Shown here: one piece after another, positions 23,444 to 36,820 of the stretch
Position numbering within the stretch: position 1 is the stretch's first letter
Layout: the number at the start of each line of letters is the position of its first letter
Assembly: GCA_964247055.1 (NCBI GenBank)
Contig: OZ176056.1
Coordinates: forward strand, 3,162,001 to 3,226,000
Length of the DNA stretch: 64,000 nt
Reading direction: 5' to 3'
DNA from: Paragordius varius
Taxonomy: Eukaryota; Animalia; Nematomorpha
Translations under genes and position numbers: made by a program
The notes under the pieces: generated by a model
Told to the model about the DNA's origin: nothing
Seen by the model: only the letters and a program-made list of their open reading frames with translations
Databases searched by the model: none

Positions 23444-24247
23444 CAGGGCTTGGAACCGGAACCCGGTACCTGGGATTTTAACAAGAACCGGTTCCATTGG
23501 GATGGTACCAACGCGGTTTCCGTTCCACTTCTCCGAGAACCACCCCGGTACCGATTCCAAAATTTCAGGAATCACCTTTGTTCTATCTATAAACTTTTTG
23601 GAACCAACCCGGTTCCGGTTCCACCCCCTTAATTACAGGTTCCCATAATATTTTTATTATAAAAATTATTTAAATTTGATTGTACCACTATATATTGCAT
23701 ACGTCAAACTTTAAACCTAAAATAAGCGCCTAATTTTGTATTAGCGGTATCTGAATTTTAGGCGATTCTACTCTTCTAAAAAAACTAATAGTCATAACTC
23801 GAGTTTGTTTATAATACATATGTTCGTATATATAGGTCTCCGTTAAAAGAAGTTTTTTCACCCTTAATTTTCTAGTTTCAGACTTGAGAAGCAGTTTGAC
23901 GAGCGAATTGCTTGGTCCTATAATTTTTTAAAGTTAAATAAAGATTTTTTAGATGCCATACATAATTTATCACTCATTATATACCTTCGTACTTATACAT
24001 TTTCCTATTATATTTAAATAATTTGTTTCATTTATTATGCTACACTAATTATCCTTCACTATACATTTGGCAATTTATAATAAATTATTTGATTTATAAT
24101 TGTTAATATTTTGGTTGTCATATTTTAATAATAATTTTGTAAATCATTTAATAAAAAGTCAGGAACCGAAAATGGAACTGGTTCCGGAACCGCTAAATTT
24201 TAAGGAACCCACGCGGTTCCGGTTCCAATTGTTCAAAAACCGACCTG
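23444..24247. mobile_element. hAT-like non-autonomous element with GGAACC/GGTTCC subterminal repeats
   Basis: CAGG..CCTG termini; 8-bp TSD ATATAAAC / TTATAAAC; clusters of GGAACCGG/CCGGTTCC at both ends. Confidence 0.8.
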
Positions 24248-25653
24248 TTATAAACACATTTTTAGGGTGAACCCATTTTATGCTGAAAATTGAGGTTTTC
24301 TATCCAAATATACAAAAATAAAATTGTCGCACTATGTATGTATTTATAGGTAAACGTTATAATGCAAAAACTTTTTTATGTAACTGTATAACCAATGCGG
24401 ATATAATTATAGGCTGCATATACATACAAGATTCAAGTCAAAAAAGTTGTGTACAGTCAGATTCAAAAACAGGATATATCTAGGGATGTGCTTTAATAAA
24501 ACCATGTATAAAATTAAAACGTTTATCATGCAATTGTCGCTTTTTTTAATTTTTAGCCATGTCCCTCTACACACCTGCTCTTTACCTTTCATTAACATCA
24601 TCTCCAGTGATTGTAGTTTATATAAAATAAACTACTTTATTTTGTGAAATTTTGATAGCTTATCTTATGATCATAGAGCATAGACCTTTAGTCAATTGAA
24701 CTTAGGTTTTTTCAATATTAACTTTGAAGTCGATACATTTTAACTTAGCAATATGTGATTTCTGTTTGTATTTTTGTATTATAAAGTAAGCGCTAAAATA
24801 ATTTATTTTATTTTGTTAACATTTCTAAACTCTGTGACTTTTTACCCTAATACTCAAAATTTTCATTGTTATGCGCATTTAAAGCTTCATAATAAAGTTT
24901 GGCAATATTCTTCTTATAAATACGCTTCTCAACGATCAATATAATGTTAACCACAAATTTAAACATAAAATGCAAAATAAATTTAAAATAGTGTCTTAAA
25001 GAAACAAAATCAGGTGGATCGCATATATCAATCAGAAAAAGCTATATCGGAGTCCTGAAGTGGGTCAAATATGATGTGGAAATTTGGTATAAATTAATAA
25101 TATTATGCGCAATCTTGTCTTGTTTGCGTTTATAAATAACTCATTCCACCGATTGCATGAGATTATTGAAATATGTATTGTTATATTGCTTTAAATTTCG
25201 AATAAAACATTAAGGCATTGAGTTTTACTGAAAAAAGATAATAAACATTCGCTAAATTACTTTTTATTTTATTAGATAATTAAATGACCAGTAAGCCACA
25301 AAAATCACATTCCCTCAAAAAAATTCTTAATTTTATCTATGTTTACTAATTTTTCGAGCTAAACCATAAGTTAAAATATTTTTATGAAAAATGCGAATGT
25401 TAATATGTATAATAATTATAATTTATTGCCGAGATTTTACTAATAATAATGATATAAGATTTATACATATTATTTAATGTGAATATGAGTATAAAATGGT
25501 GAATCAATAAAAAATGGAATAAATTGACTATTAATTTGGTGGTGGTTGGAATCCATCTTTTCCAGGAGTCATATTCTAAATTTACTAACTTTTTATCTTG
25601 TTTCTTACTGTTCAAATCCTACTTAACTTTTTTTCTAAAACTTTTTTGGTTAT

Positions 25654-28600
25654 TTAAAGTAAGGAATAGCCATTTATGTGATTGTACTTAAAATTAAAAC
25701 TGGCAGCTAAGTCTGATTGTTGGTCCGTTTGAATTCGTCGTGTAACATTGTATTGAGTTATCAAAACCATATCTTCATAAGCAAAATTATAAAATGTATC
25801 CAATGTTGGACATTCAATCTCCAATATTTGATGATTATTTGTTAGAGTCATAGTTGATTTAAAATTTTGCCCATTTACCTGTGCTAGGTTGGGAACGTTT
25901 CGATTGATAAGACATGTGAAATCAGTTTGAATGCCCTTCCCATTTTTAATGTTAACATCTATAGAATTAATAATGTTCCACGCTGCTAGAGATGTACCAT
26001 AAGATTGATGTTGTGGTGGATTCTGGTTACGATTGGTTTTAGAAAATTTTAGATTTACTTTATTAACAATCATCATTTTTTTCTTATTAACTCCAATACT
26101 AAGTAGTGTATGCGTTGTTAAACCCAACAATTTTGATACGGCAGAATTTTTGGAATGGTATATGAATGTGGTTTGGGGATTTGTCCTGCCCTCCAAAAAG
26201 GTTTCAAGGTGATGACCCCATTTATCAAATATATATGTTTCTTTTAGTGTTTCATCCAATACCATGTATGTGCTACTGGGAGTTTTACGATCCATTACAT
26301 TTGAGTCATGTATTTCTGAGGTTATTGCGGGTGAATTTATATAAAATACTCTGTCATGATTTTTGAACCATGGAATACGATTTATAAAGATGGTTTGAGG
26401 TTGAAACCGTATTTCCTCTCTAATGTCTCCTTTAACATTATCCATTATTATAAGTTGGGAATCATCTGGGGTAATGTGTAATTTAATTTGATTATTAGTA
26501 TCATTTACTTGACTTTTAAATGTTATTTTATGGACCAGTGTAAGTCGTTGAATATGTTTTACGTATTGATAAATGTAACCATACTCTATGCTGGAAACTG
26601 CAATATACAGAATATCCAACTCTTTTGCCAGTGCAAAACTATCTATTTTTAGGTTGAAAATATCAGTATTCTCAGCAAACATTTGATTGTAAGTTTGTGT
26701 CTTTATAATCTCGTCGATTGATATAAGGGGGACAGCTATTCGATTTACCAAATTTAGTTCATATATTACGCTGCGGTTTGATAAAATCATTAATGATGGC
26801 TCATTATGACAGTATATAAGGTTTGTTGTGGGTCCAATCAAATTCATCTAAAAATTAATTAAAAAAGTAAATATTCAGTAAATTGTATCAGCTAAATAAA
26901 TGAGTATAAATTAAGATTATAATAATTTTTACCTTGCTAAATGGAATTATGATATCGGGAACGATAGGGTCAATACCGGTTTTAAAGCCATTATCAATTA
27001 TCGTTTTAACTTTCAAGTTTTTCAAATTTATATGTTTCAAAATATTTGTTGAATGTTTCATAGGGTCGATCGCAACGTAATAAAGTACGCTTTCTGACGG
27101 ATCAATGGCCATTTCTATAAGAATAATATGCACATAAATAATGAGAAAAAACGTAAAATTATACAAACAAATGTTTTTTTTTCAAAAGTACAAACCATAC
27201 TTTTTTAAACTTTATTTTTTCTATTTAATATACGTATTTGATCGTGTTACAACAGTCATTTCTATTTCATACTTTAAAACAATGAAATTTAAAAAAAAAC
27301 AAGTTCAAAAAACAGCGGTTTTTTTATATTAAAAATTGTTTTTATGTTTACACGTGTTGTCCGTAAAATTTAAATTTTTATTATTGTAATTCTAATTCAG
27401 CTAAAATTAAATGAATTATTGGGCAAATTTTCGATTGCTACAAGTAATCTTTGTCAAATGTAAAAAATAAAATTAAAATATAAACTAATAAAGCATAAAT
27501 TCTCCAGGTTAATGTCGTATATTTTTAGAAAGATTAAAAAAATTTACCTGTAGGAATAAGCTTGGATTCCGTCAATATCGGTGTTTTAGCCATTTGTGGT
27601 ATATTAAATGCTGCCAAACTTGGTGACACGTCTTTAACATTAACCCTAAGAATCATATTTTGGTTTGGAAGTGAGACATACAAGTTGTATGCAGTAGTAG
27701 GGACATCTAACATTCGACCATGGATAACATAGGCATTGGGTAGTTGCTTAAATTTAGTGTTATATTTTTGATCCTCGCTATTTTTCAAATAATCTTGCAA
27801 GTTTATAAGCGGATTTTTTACGATAATCTTGGGTAGGGGTTGATTCTTAGAAGAAGTTTTTAGGGAATCATATGTGTTGAGAGTGTTTGTGACATATTTT
27901 ATACGATAAATTATGCCATTTTTCGTAAGCGCAAATGCCCCATACTGTATTAATGGGTGCTTACTACCAACATATGGTGGAATGTATGGTTTTGATGTTG
28001 AAATCAGAATAGATTCTAAGGTTTGACCTGTAAAATTGACAATTATAAATTAAAATTTGGTTTATTCCTAGCTTTCAACAGCTAAAAAATACAATAAGAA
28101 ACATGATCAAGTGTTATTACCGAATCCTTTATCCAATAGGATTGGAATTGATTTCTTATCTCTTTTCATGACATAATTCATATCTAGGAAATGTATATCA
28201 CCGGTGCCTTTGTAAAGAATATCTAGAGAAAGAGGGAGAAACAAAAATATAGTTTTGCAAATTTTATAATACACACATGCAAAAAAGTAAGGATTCTAAA
28301 ATTATTTTCAGTATTTGATTTAACATACTTTGATAGGGATCTAATCTGTGGAATAGATTAACATTCCAAGCACTATCTCCCAATATCTGTGTTATTGGCA
28401 AATTTTGTCCAGCAATAGGCAATTTAAAAGTTTGAATTAACCGTTTTTCACAGTTTTTATAGTAGATAAATTCCAAGGAAACTAAAATGTCATAAAATAA
28501 CAATTATTACGGTATATGAGGAAATTTTTTTTATTATTTTTTTAAAAAAAAATGATAAAATCTACCATAAGCCATGGCCATGCCATAGACAGCTTGTTTG

Positions 28601-29040
28601 TAAGCATTTTTACGATCCCATAAAAATTCGATTAAAACGGATTTTTTCGATGCTAAATCGCTTTCAACCGATGATTGATACCGTGTACCTTGAATATCAA
28701 TCTAGAAAAATAAAAGTTTTATATTTAATGTTTACATATATTATGATTTTATGGATTTTTTTATATAAAAAAAAGATTGTATTACTTGAATATTTAGCCT
28801 TTTTATATAAGTGTAAGGGTTGCCTTCCGGTATTGTAACATTTAGACTTATGCTCGTTTTATAGGCCGAGTCATATATGCTTGAATGTACAAGGCTAACA
28901 TTTGTTCCTGGGATGGGCATGTTCAAATTTATAGCCTATAAATACAGTAAAAATTGTAAACTATACAGACCAAACGTTAAAAGACAAAAGAAATTTTCAA
29001 AAGATAACCAACTATACTTTTTTACACCCTATTTTTTCCT

Positions 29041-29111
<71 letters not shown>

Positions 29112-32100
29112 TTAACTACAATCGTAAAATATATAAATTGTGTTTCCATAAAAATATATATTATCGTATGTTTACTCGATTTTTTGGATCATTCTTTACA
29201 TATTGATTCATATTGTCGCCTTTAAAAGTATCAATGGTCATATCTTGTCGTGGATAGATATTAGGGATTGTTGAGATACTAATCGATGGCACAAATATAT
29301 TTGTGGAAGAATTATCACAGAAAGTATTAGGCAATGGTTCTGATTGTCGCCGTACAGAAAATGCATCTTTTTCCAATTTTTTATTATAAGTATTCAAAGT
29401 TTGATAAGTTTCATTGTGTTTGTCTAGGGGTAGGGTTGATTGAAGCATAAGAGTTATATCGTGCGGTAGAACTAAAAAGTCATTGGTGGGCACGTAAACT
29501 GTAAACTTTGTGCGTTGAAATGGTTCTTTATACGCGGTCAAGGTGACATAATTCCCTCCATTCACTAGCATGTCAAATCTAAAAAACATAATATTATTAG
29601 ATAATACATATGGCTAGCCTCTATTTTATATAAAAAAGGTAATTGGTATAAGGTATGAAGGTATTATGTTTACGGTATAACAAGCCGAAACATCTAAAAA
29701 GATAAAAAATAAAAATTGTGCTTGAAATGTTGTGATGGAAGTTACTGTAAACATAATAATAAAAATGAAAAACGCGGAAATCACAAAAACAATGCAGAAA
29801 CTAAGACTACGCGGTAAAATTATTAAGCAGACATTATCTGTTTTATTTATAAGGCAAAATTCGTTAAAATTAAGATAAGAAAAGTATATGAAGGAAAAAA
29901 CTGTAAACGCATTTTTCTTAAATTATTAACGGTTAATATTAACTATATCATTGCAAAAATATAAACGGGTAAAGCTTACTCTCCATTAAATCGTGTCAAA
30001 GTATATCCAAATTTCATGTTATTTTCTACACTGATACGGACACCCACTATAATTTGCCCAAAGGAATCAATGATTCGGCCTTTGACCACAGATACGGTGC
30101 TGTATAATTGAAAATAATGTTTGAATTAATTTATTTTAAGTAACATTTTTCAAAGATTAACCATAAAAATTGTTACAGCTTTTTTATGGATGCTTAAATA
30201 AATAATAATTAAATGTTAATCCATAAAATTTAGTCATTTTAACAATATCAATCCAATTATGCTATATGTATTCGAATCTCTACATCTGTTTTAAAAATTT
30301 TTGGAATATTGATAAAATATTTTACTAACTACATTTCACTTACTGTTCATCAAAGGCTTCAGATTGGGCATGGACTTGTACACCGCCCTCTTCTATAAGG
30401 AACCGTACTCTGTCCATAAACGAAGAAACCGGTTTTATGGATTGTTTTGACAATAGAATATCGATGGGGTCTGCACTCGATTTACATAATATGTTGTTGC
30501 GACAAAATTGAGTTTTACAGCATTCAGAATCCTGACAATCAATTAAACCATCTATAAAAAGGTTGGGGAAAAAGGTGTTATAAACCAGAATTTCTAAATA
30601 CAGTATGTTCCTAGCTTTTCACAAATTATTGCCAGATACCTTAATCAGTAAAAGGCAATTTTATTGGTTTCAAGTTATTTTTTATACTTTTTATTGCTAT
30701 TATTAGCCAATAATTTTCCTTGGTGTCTATGCTATATGGAAATATTTATGAAAGGCTGTCAATGTATTCTTACTCATACTGTACTTTTGTACCAAATTAT
30801 TTTAAATAACTACCATTATCATTATCGATTCCATCAGTACACATAGTTTCATACGGTGTTCCACAATCCACACCTCTCCACCCATATTTACAATGGCATT
30901 TCCATGTATCTGCCTCACTGTTTATAGGAACCATTTGTGATGATATATTCTGACTATGCATATTTTGCTTCCAAACATAAAATCCTGTTCCACCATTTTG
31001 TGTAGTTAAAGAACTAGTAAGAGAGTCCGAAGATTGTCTAGTAGAACCTGATGATAAAGTTCTTCCTTCAGGGCCAGAGGAGGCAAGAGATGAACCTTGT
31101 TGGCTATTAGCAGCATTCAATAAACAAATCCCATTGTGATTACATTGATTGGGACATCCTTGTATATCACACGTCATCCCATTCCAACCCGTATTACAGT
31201 GACACCGACCCTCGTGACAAATCCCATGATTTGAACAAACCATAGATGTCTCCTCAGAATTTGCGCCACAACCGCCATTTTTTTCATTCGCTGTTTCTTT
31301 GGCTTGCTTTTTTATTGTCAATAATTTTGTCGTAGAACTATTTTGTTTATTTTGTGAGATCGTTTGTGATGGTATGACGTTGAAGAAAGCGGTTACATTA
31401 AATCCGGCTAGAAATTATAAATAATAGGTGTTATTGATTGATTTAATAAGTGACTTTAAAGAGCTAAATTATACAAAATGACCACACTTACATGTTACAT
31501 ATTCGATAGAGCTATCTGCCATCCTAAGAATATAAGAATTCGTTGCATATTCACAGTTCGGACCGGAAAAACCGGGAGCACATAGGCATTTTCGGATTAA
31601 ATCTTGACCATTTGGAGACCGAGATAAGGCACAGGCACCGTTTCCCGAACAATTTTTAGGTTTGCAGTAATCGACTAAATTTATAAAATGATGTAAACCA
31701 TAATTCTTGAAATTTTATCGACCTATAATATTTGAATGAAAAATAATGGTCAAGAAAAGTATTTTTACAGATAATTAGTTTATAACAAAAGTTTGGTTTA
31801 CAGATAAAAGCTTCGACTTATATAAAAAGTAAGCGCAATAGGTTAAGATCTATAATTTAGTAACTGTTAATTTAACCACTCCATAATAATAAAATATTTT
31901 TTGAAAAAATCATATAAGGTGTTTTACCATTCCCACAATCCCAACCAAACCACCCATCAAAGCATTGACAAAAACCGTTTTCACAACTTCCTTGATTTTT
32001 ACAATTTTGAGGACATATGGACCCATTTTGAGTAGGGTTTGCTGTAAAACTTGGATAGATTATAAAATCCAAATTGACATTATCATCAAAAAGATTTAAT

Positions 32101-35100
32101 TGCTGGCTTGTATTCAAAACCTTTGAATCAAGGGTTTTAGATTTGGATGAAATGGAATCAATGAGATAAAAGACCAAGTATAAATTTTTAGGGCGAATTG
32201 CTTCTGTAGTATTGTATGGGTATTGATAAAGCGTAACCTAAAATTCACAATTTATAAATAATGGGAGGAAAAGTAAGGTAGCTAAGTTTAATATTATTAA
32301 ATAATGTTTCTGTACATTCAAGTCAAATAATTATTATTAAATTGTATTTTTATGATATCATCAAAGTTATTCAATTTATGAGACAAATGTTGTCACATAT
32401 GGAAAAATTTATGGTTTGTATAAAATCAGCCTTTTACTTTTTACGTTTTGTCTTTCCTCTAAATTTTTACTTGTAAATATTATTTTGTAAAATTTAAATT
32501 TTAACATACTCTACCTGTTGCCAAAAATTATTTGTTGCCATTTGTTGATTAGTTATGTGGAGAAATGTATCATATTGGGTAGGAGTAGGAATTGAATCAG
32601 CACGAACATATATCCCTAAATAATATTATATTTAAATTAGCATTTTTTATAAAGGCTTGCATTATTTAATTTATATTTTTGGTACTTTTTCTCTGTATAT
32701 TCCTTTAAAACTAGAAAGCATAATAAATGAACTTTATAATATTATATGCATAAAAATCATTATACCCAAATCAAAGGAGGAATCCAATAACGAAATTGGT
32801 AATTGTTGGCGAGATTGTTTGCTAACGATCGATAAATTAGCCAAGAGTACAAAAGGTGTACCCATTTTTATGTAGGGGGCCAATATTTTAGTTGTGGTTA
32901 TATCGGGAGAGGAAGAACCTATATCTACCCTGTATATTTGGATATTATTGCGTCTCAAGAGAATTTTATGTGGAGTGACAAGTCTCAAATGGGCTGGAAT
33001 TTCGCCTAGTGCTTGTCCAACAAGATTTTTTGTGTCCAAATTATATGGTTTAGAGTTATGAAACGTATGTAATAATAATGATTGTGTTGGCATGGTATTT
33101 AAGATTTCTTGTTCTTGTAGTTCTTGAGATTCTTGTATGATCGGATAATAATTTGGAAGAAACGTATTATAAAATTGAGTTAAATTTGAGTTTTCAGATC
33201 TTAAATGACCCGTTCTCCACCAATTTTGATCCGAGTGTTTATTATTTGGGAAGGATGTGTTGTAAATTGGCATTGAGTTTAAATTTTGGCTTTTACTATT
33301 TTTACCGCCCTTCCAGGGATGCCATTTGGATTTGCCAAAACTTACCGCTAATAACCAATAAAAAATTATTGATATTTCACTCAAAATATTTAATATTTTT
33401 TATGGAAAATAATCAAATTCTTACCTAATAAATAACTTATAAAGAAGAGGCTTAGGAGTGAACACACAAATAGCACAAGTGACATTTTACGCCAATTACA
33501 TTCATACGTCTTTTCAGCTTGCGAGAATGGCCATTGAATTGCATAACTCCAATCTTTGTCTTTTAATCTAAATGTAAATAAGTTTTTACTTATTATACTA
33601 AACACATAAAAATTATTTAACATTATTCCAATAAAAATAATATATATATGGTTTGCAAAATTAGACAATTTATTGCGAAAATGCTTTTTGAGATTGAATA
33701 AGTATAAATGAATATTGGTAAACATGGCACATTTTAGGATTAAATGGCAGTTTTAGGTCCCCAAACTCCATTTTAAGGCAGTAAAATATTTGTCTCCTAT
33801 TTTTTTTAATTAAAATTCTTCTTCGGAAAATATATATTTACGAGTCAGTATATCAATATGGTGAGTCCCCCACAAAAATGGCTTAAATTTTGTAAGATAA
33901 TTATTTTATGAGGAGGTTGACAAAGATAAATGATGCAATCTGAATATAATTATTTTTTTAGGATTTTTTTATTTTTGATGGAAATTTAATATAAACTACG
34001 ATTTCTTTTTTTAGGCATATGAGTATATTTGATATTTAAGCCATAAAATGGCATTCTTTCAAAAATATATATACTATGCATTTTAGTAAATTTTTTATTA
34101 TGGTATCTCCCCCATATGTAAGTGAATAAAAATGGTCTAGAAGAAAATAGCCTTATAGTACAATATGTACAGATCAGTGCACTTTTGATGTATTAAAATT
34201 ATAGTATTTATTATATATGGTTCTATATCATTATTAAATATATTATATTGGATGACGCTTTTTTGTAAAGCCAACACAATATATAAATGGAAGTCAATAT
34301 GGATTTTGTGTTTTAATTAATGCCAAAAAAGAACAAAAAAATGTTTCTAAGAAAGATAAAAAAATCAAGATAAGAATTTCACCAAATTTTTCTCCTATTT
34401 ATATAACAAGTGGCCGCATAAATTAAACTTTTTAGTGAGTGATAAAAAAATTTTCAAGCAAAAATAAAATACTTTTGTTTTTTATTGAGCAAACTGCTAT
34501 CTGTAGTTGAACTGTTGGTAGATCCGTCATTCATCCTCATTTTCGTTTTATTTTCAGTTTTAATTGGGGTTAAATCTCCATTTTTATGTTGTTTGTTGTT
34601 CATAAACCACGCCAAGGGTGACTTGATTTTCGCCCAAAAGCTTGGGTGCGAGTTGGTTTGAGAAGCTGATCGAAGCGTTATAGCTGATAGGAGAGGTATA
34701 GGGGGATAATTTGATGAATTGCTATCAAAGTATCTCATATTATTTATATTATCTGTCACATTAGCTGTCATCGGGTTGTTTAATGTTTGTTGGTTATAAT
34801 TAGGGTTATTCTTATTCTGGTGATGATACAAATAAAAATTTAGTAGTCTCGGGTCGTAATATGGTAGAAGGGGTGGACTTTGCGGATCTAATACCCCCTG
34901 GTCATCGTATATGGCTGTTGTCCCACTCAAAGGCAAGGTATCTTGTGCAATGTGTGAAAAATTGTTGATATTTGTACTTTTTGTTCGCTGATTATTTGTC
35001 TGATTATTTGAATTATTAGTATTAGAACTGCCTGTAGATGTTTCATTACGGTTATTTTGGGCATACAGATAAGGTGAAAATGAGTTATGATGATGATCTA

Positions 35101-36604
35101 GACCTGGTGCTGCAAAATAATTGTATTGTAGTGGATAATAGGGATTTGTACCGCCATATACAAATTGTTCTCCCGCTTCAGAGGAGTTATTACCAAAAAT
35201 GTCACCCATGGAACGTCTGCAGTTTTGACTAACAGTTCCTTGGTTGACCGATTGCGTATTACCATAAAAATTTTGCTGTTGGCAAGTAGACCCTAGAAGA
35301 ACAGATAAGTTTTTTGGCGGGCCTCTGGTATCAAGTGTATGTAAAAAATTATTGATATTTGTCCTGGGATTGTTATTGGTATGTTTTGCAATCATAGAGT
35401 GTCTGTGGAAGCCGTTAGACATATTATCTCTTGTTCTGTCATACAAAGTGTCACCAAGTGTCGCGTTTCCCGCCAAATTTTGTTTGCCTTTAGATGAATC
35501 ACTGAAATCTTGAAAATTATGATGCTGTGGAATGTTCAAATGTTGTTTTTGTTGTTCATATTGATTCTGAAGTAAATCCATAGGGTCGGCATATGTATGA
35601 GATGGGATTCTGCATATAAAGCAAAAAACGAAACATTAAAAATAAATTTTTGATTAGATTTCAATAAATTAAATAAATGCCTAAATTGGTGATAATTACT
35701 AGGAATTGAATTAAATATAACCATTTAAAATGAAAATGATAAGTATATATGTATATTGGTATTTGCTAAGGAATAGTGTACAGGAGGAATATATACATCC
35801 GTTGTTAATTAATTTTTTTTGTTCCTCCGTTATATTTTTGCTTGTGTTTTATCCTGTTTAACTTTTTATCGTTTTAATATGGAATTTCATGGAATAAAGG
35901 AAGTAAGATTAGAGACCGTTATGTTATGTTTTACTTTATTTCCAATTAGTGCGCAGCTACTGAGTTCAAAATACTCCTTTATATTTTTCAAAAAAAAAAG
36001 TTATCTTTAAAGGCGTTTCAATACCTTTTTGTTTGAAATTTGATGTTCACCACATTTTGTTACGAAATAAAACGTATAAATTTAAAAAACACACCAACTT
36101 GAATTTAAAAAAACTTCCGGTAGCCCGGATTTTGTAGAATTCATACAGATTTTTAAAAATTTATAGCCTCTTTTATCATTTTAATATTTTTTATCTTTGC
36201 GTTTTTTTTCATTCTGGTTATAAATATTAGTTAATTAAATTGATAGCTAGACTTTTGTTCTGCCTTTAAAATTAATTTGAATTTGAAATTCACGTTTTAA
36301 AAAAATCTCTCCAGGTGTAAGAAAAAATCTATAATATATCTTTTTAAAAAAATATCAAATCTATACAAAAAAGTATCAAATTCTGAACTAAGTTAAACAA
36401 TATAATATAATATAATATTTAAATAATTTTTGAAAAATATATAAAGGTAATATATATTAAAATTGAAACATAATGAGAATATCAAGAGTTATCGGAAGTA
36501 TTTTATGTGTTTAATAATTTTTTCCTAATGTAAATATTGACAAAATTATCAATTTTAAATTATTATATATAATTATATATTTTTGGTGATTCCATATTGT
36601 TTTC

Positions 36605-36650
<46 letters not shown>

Positions 36651-36780
36651 TGGTTGAAAATTGATACTTACCATGCTATTTTCAATAAATTTAAGTAAAC
36701 GCTAAAACCAAATGAAATGAATAGCCAACTTTATTTGTTTAAATTACATAAAAAATTTATAGATTTTTGGCGCGAATGAA

Positions 36781-36820
<40 letters not shown>

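Noticed and set aside
23354-23632. Pro/Trp-rich ORFs on both strands
   Set aside because: They derive from the GC-richer GGAACC/GGTTCC subterminal repeats of a hAT element.
24410-24620. Possible RTE-type LINE fragment (DVNER.RAG) or missing teneurin exon
   Set aside because: Multiple stops and not YD-like; retroelement similarity too weak to call.
28877-29206. 109-aa + strand ORF with IYIYIY run
   Set aside because: Artefact of a (TA)n microsatellite, antisense to teneurin.
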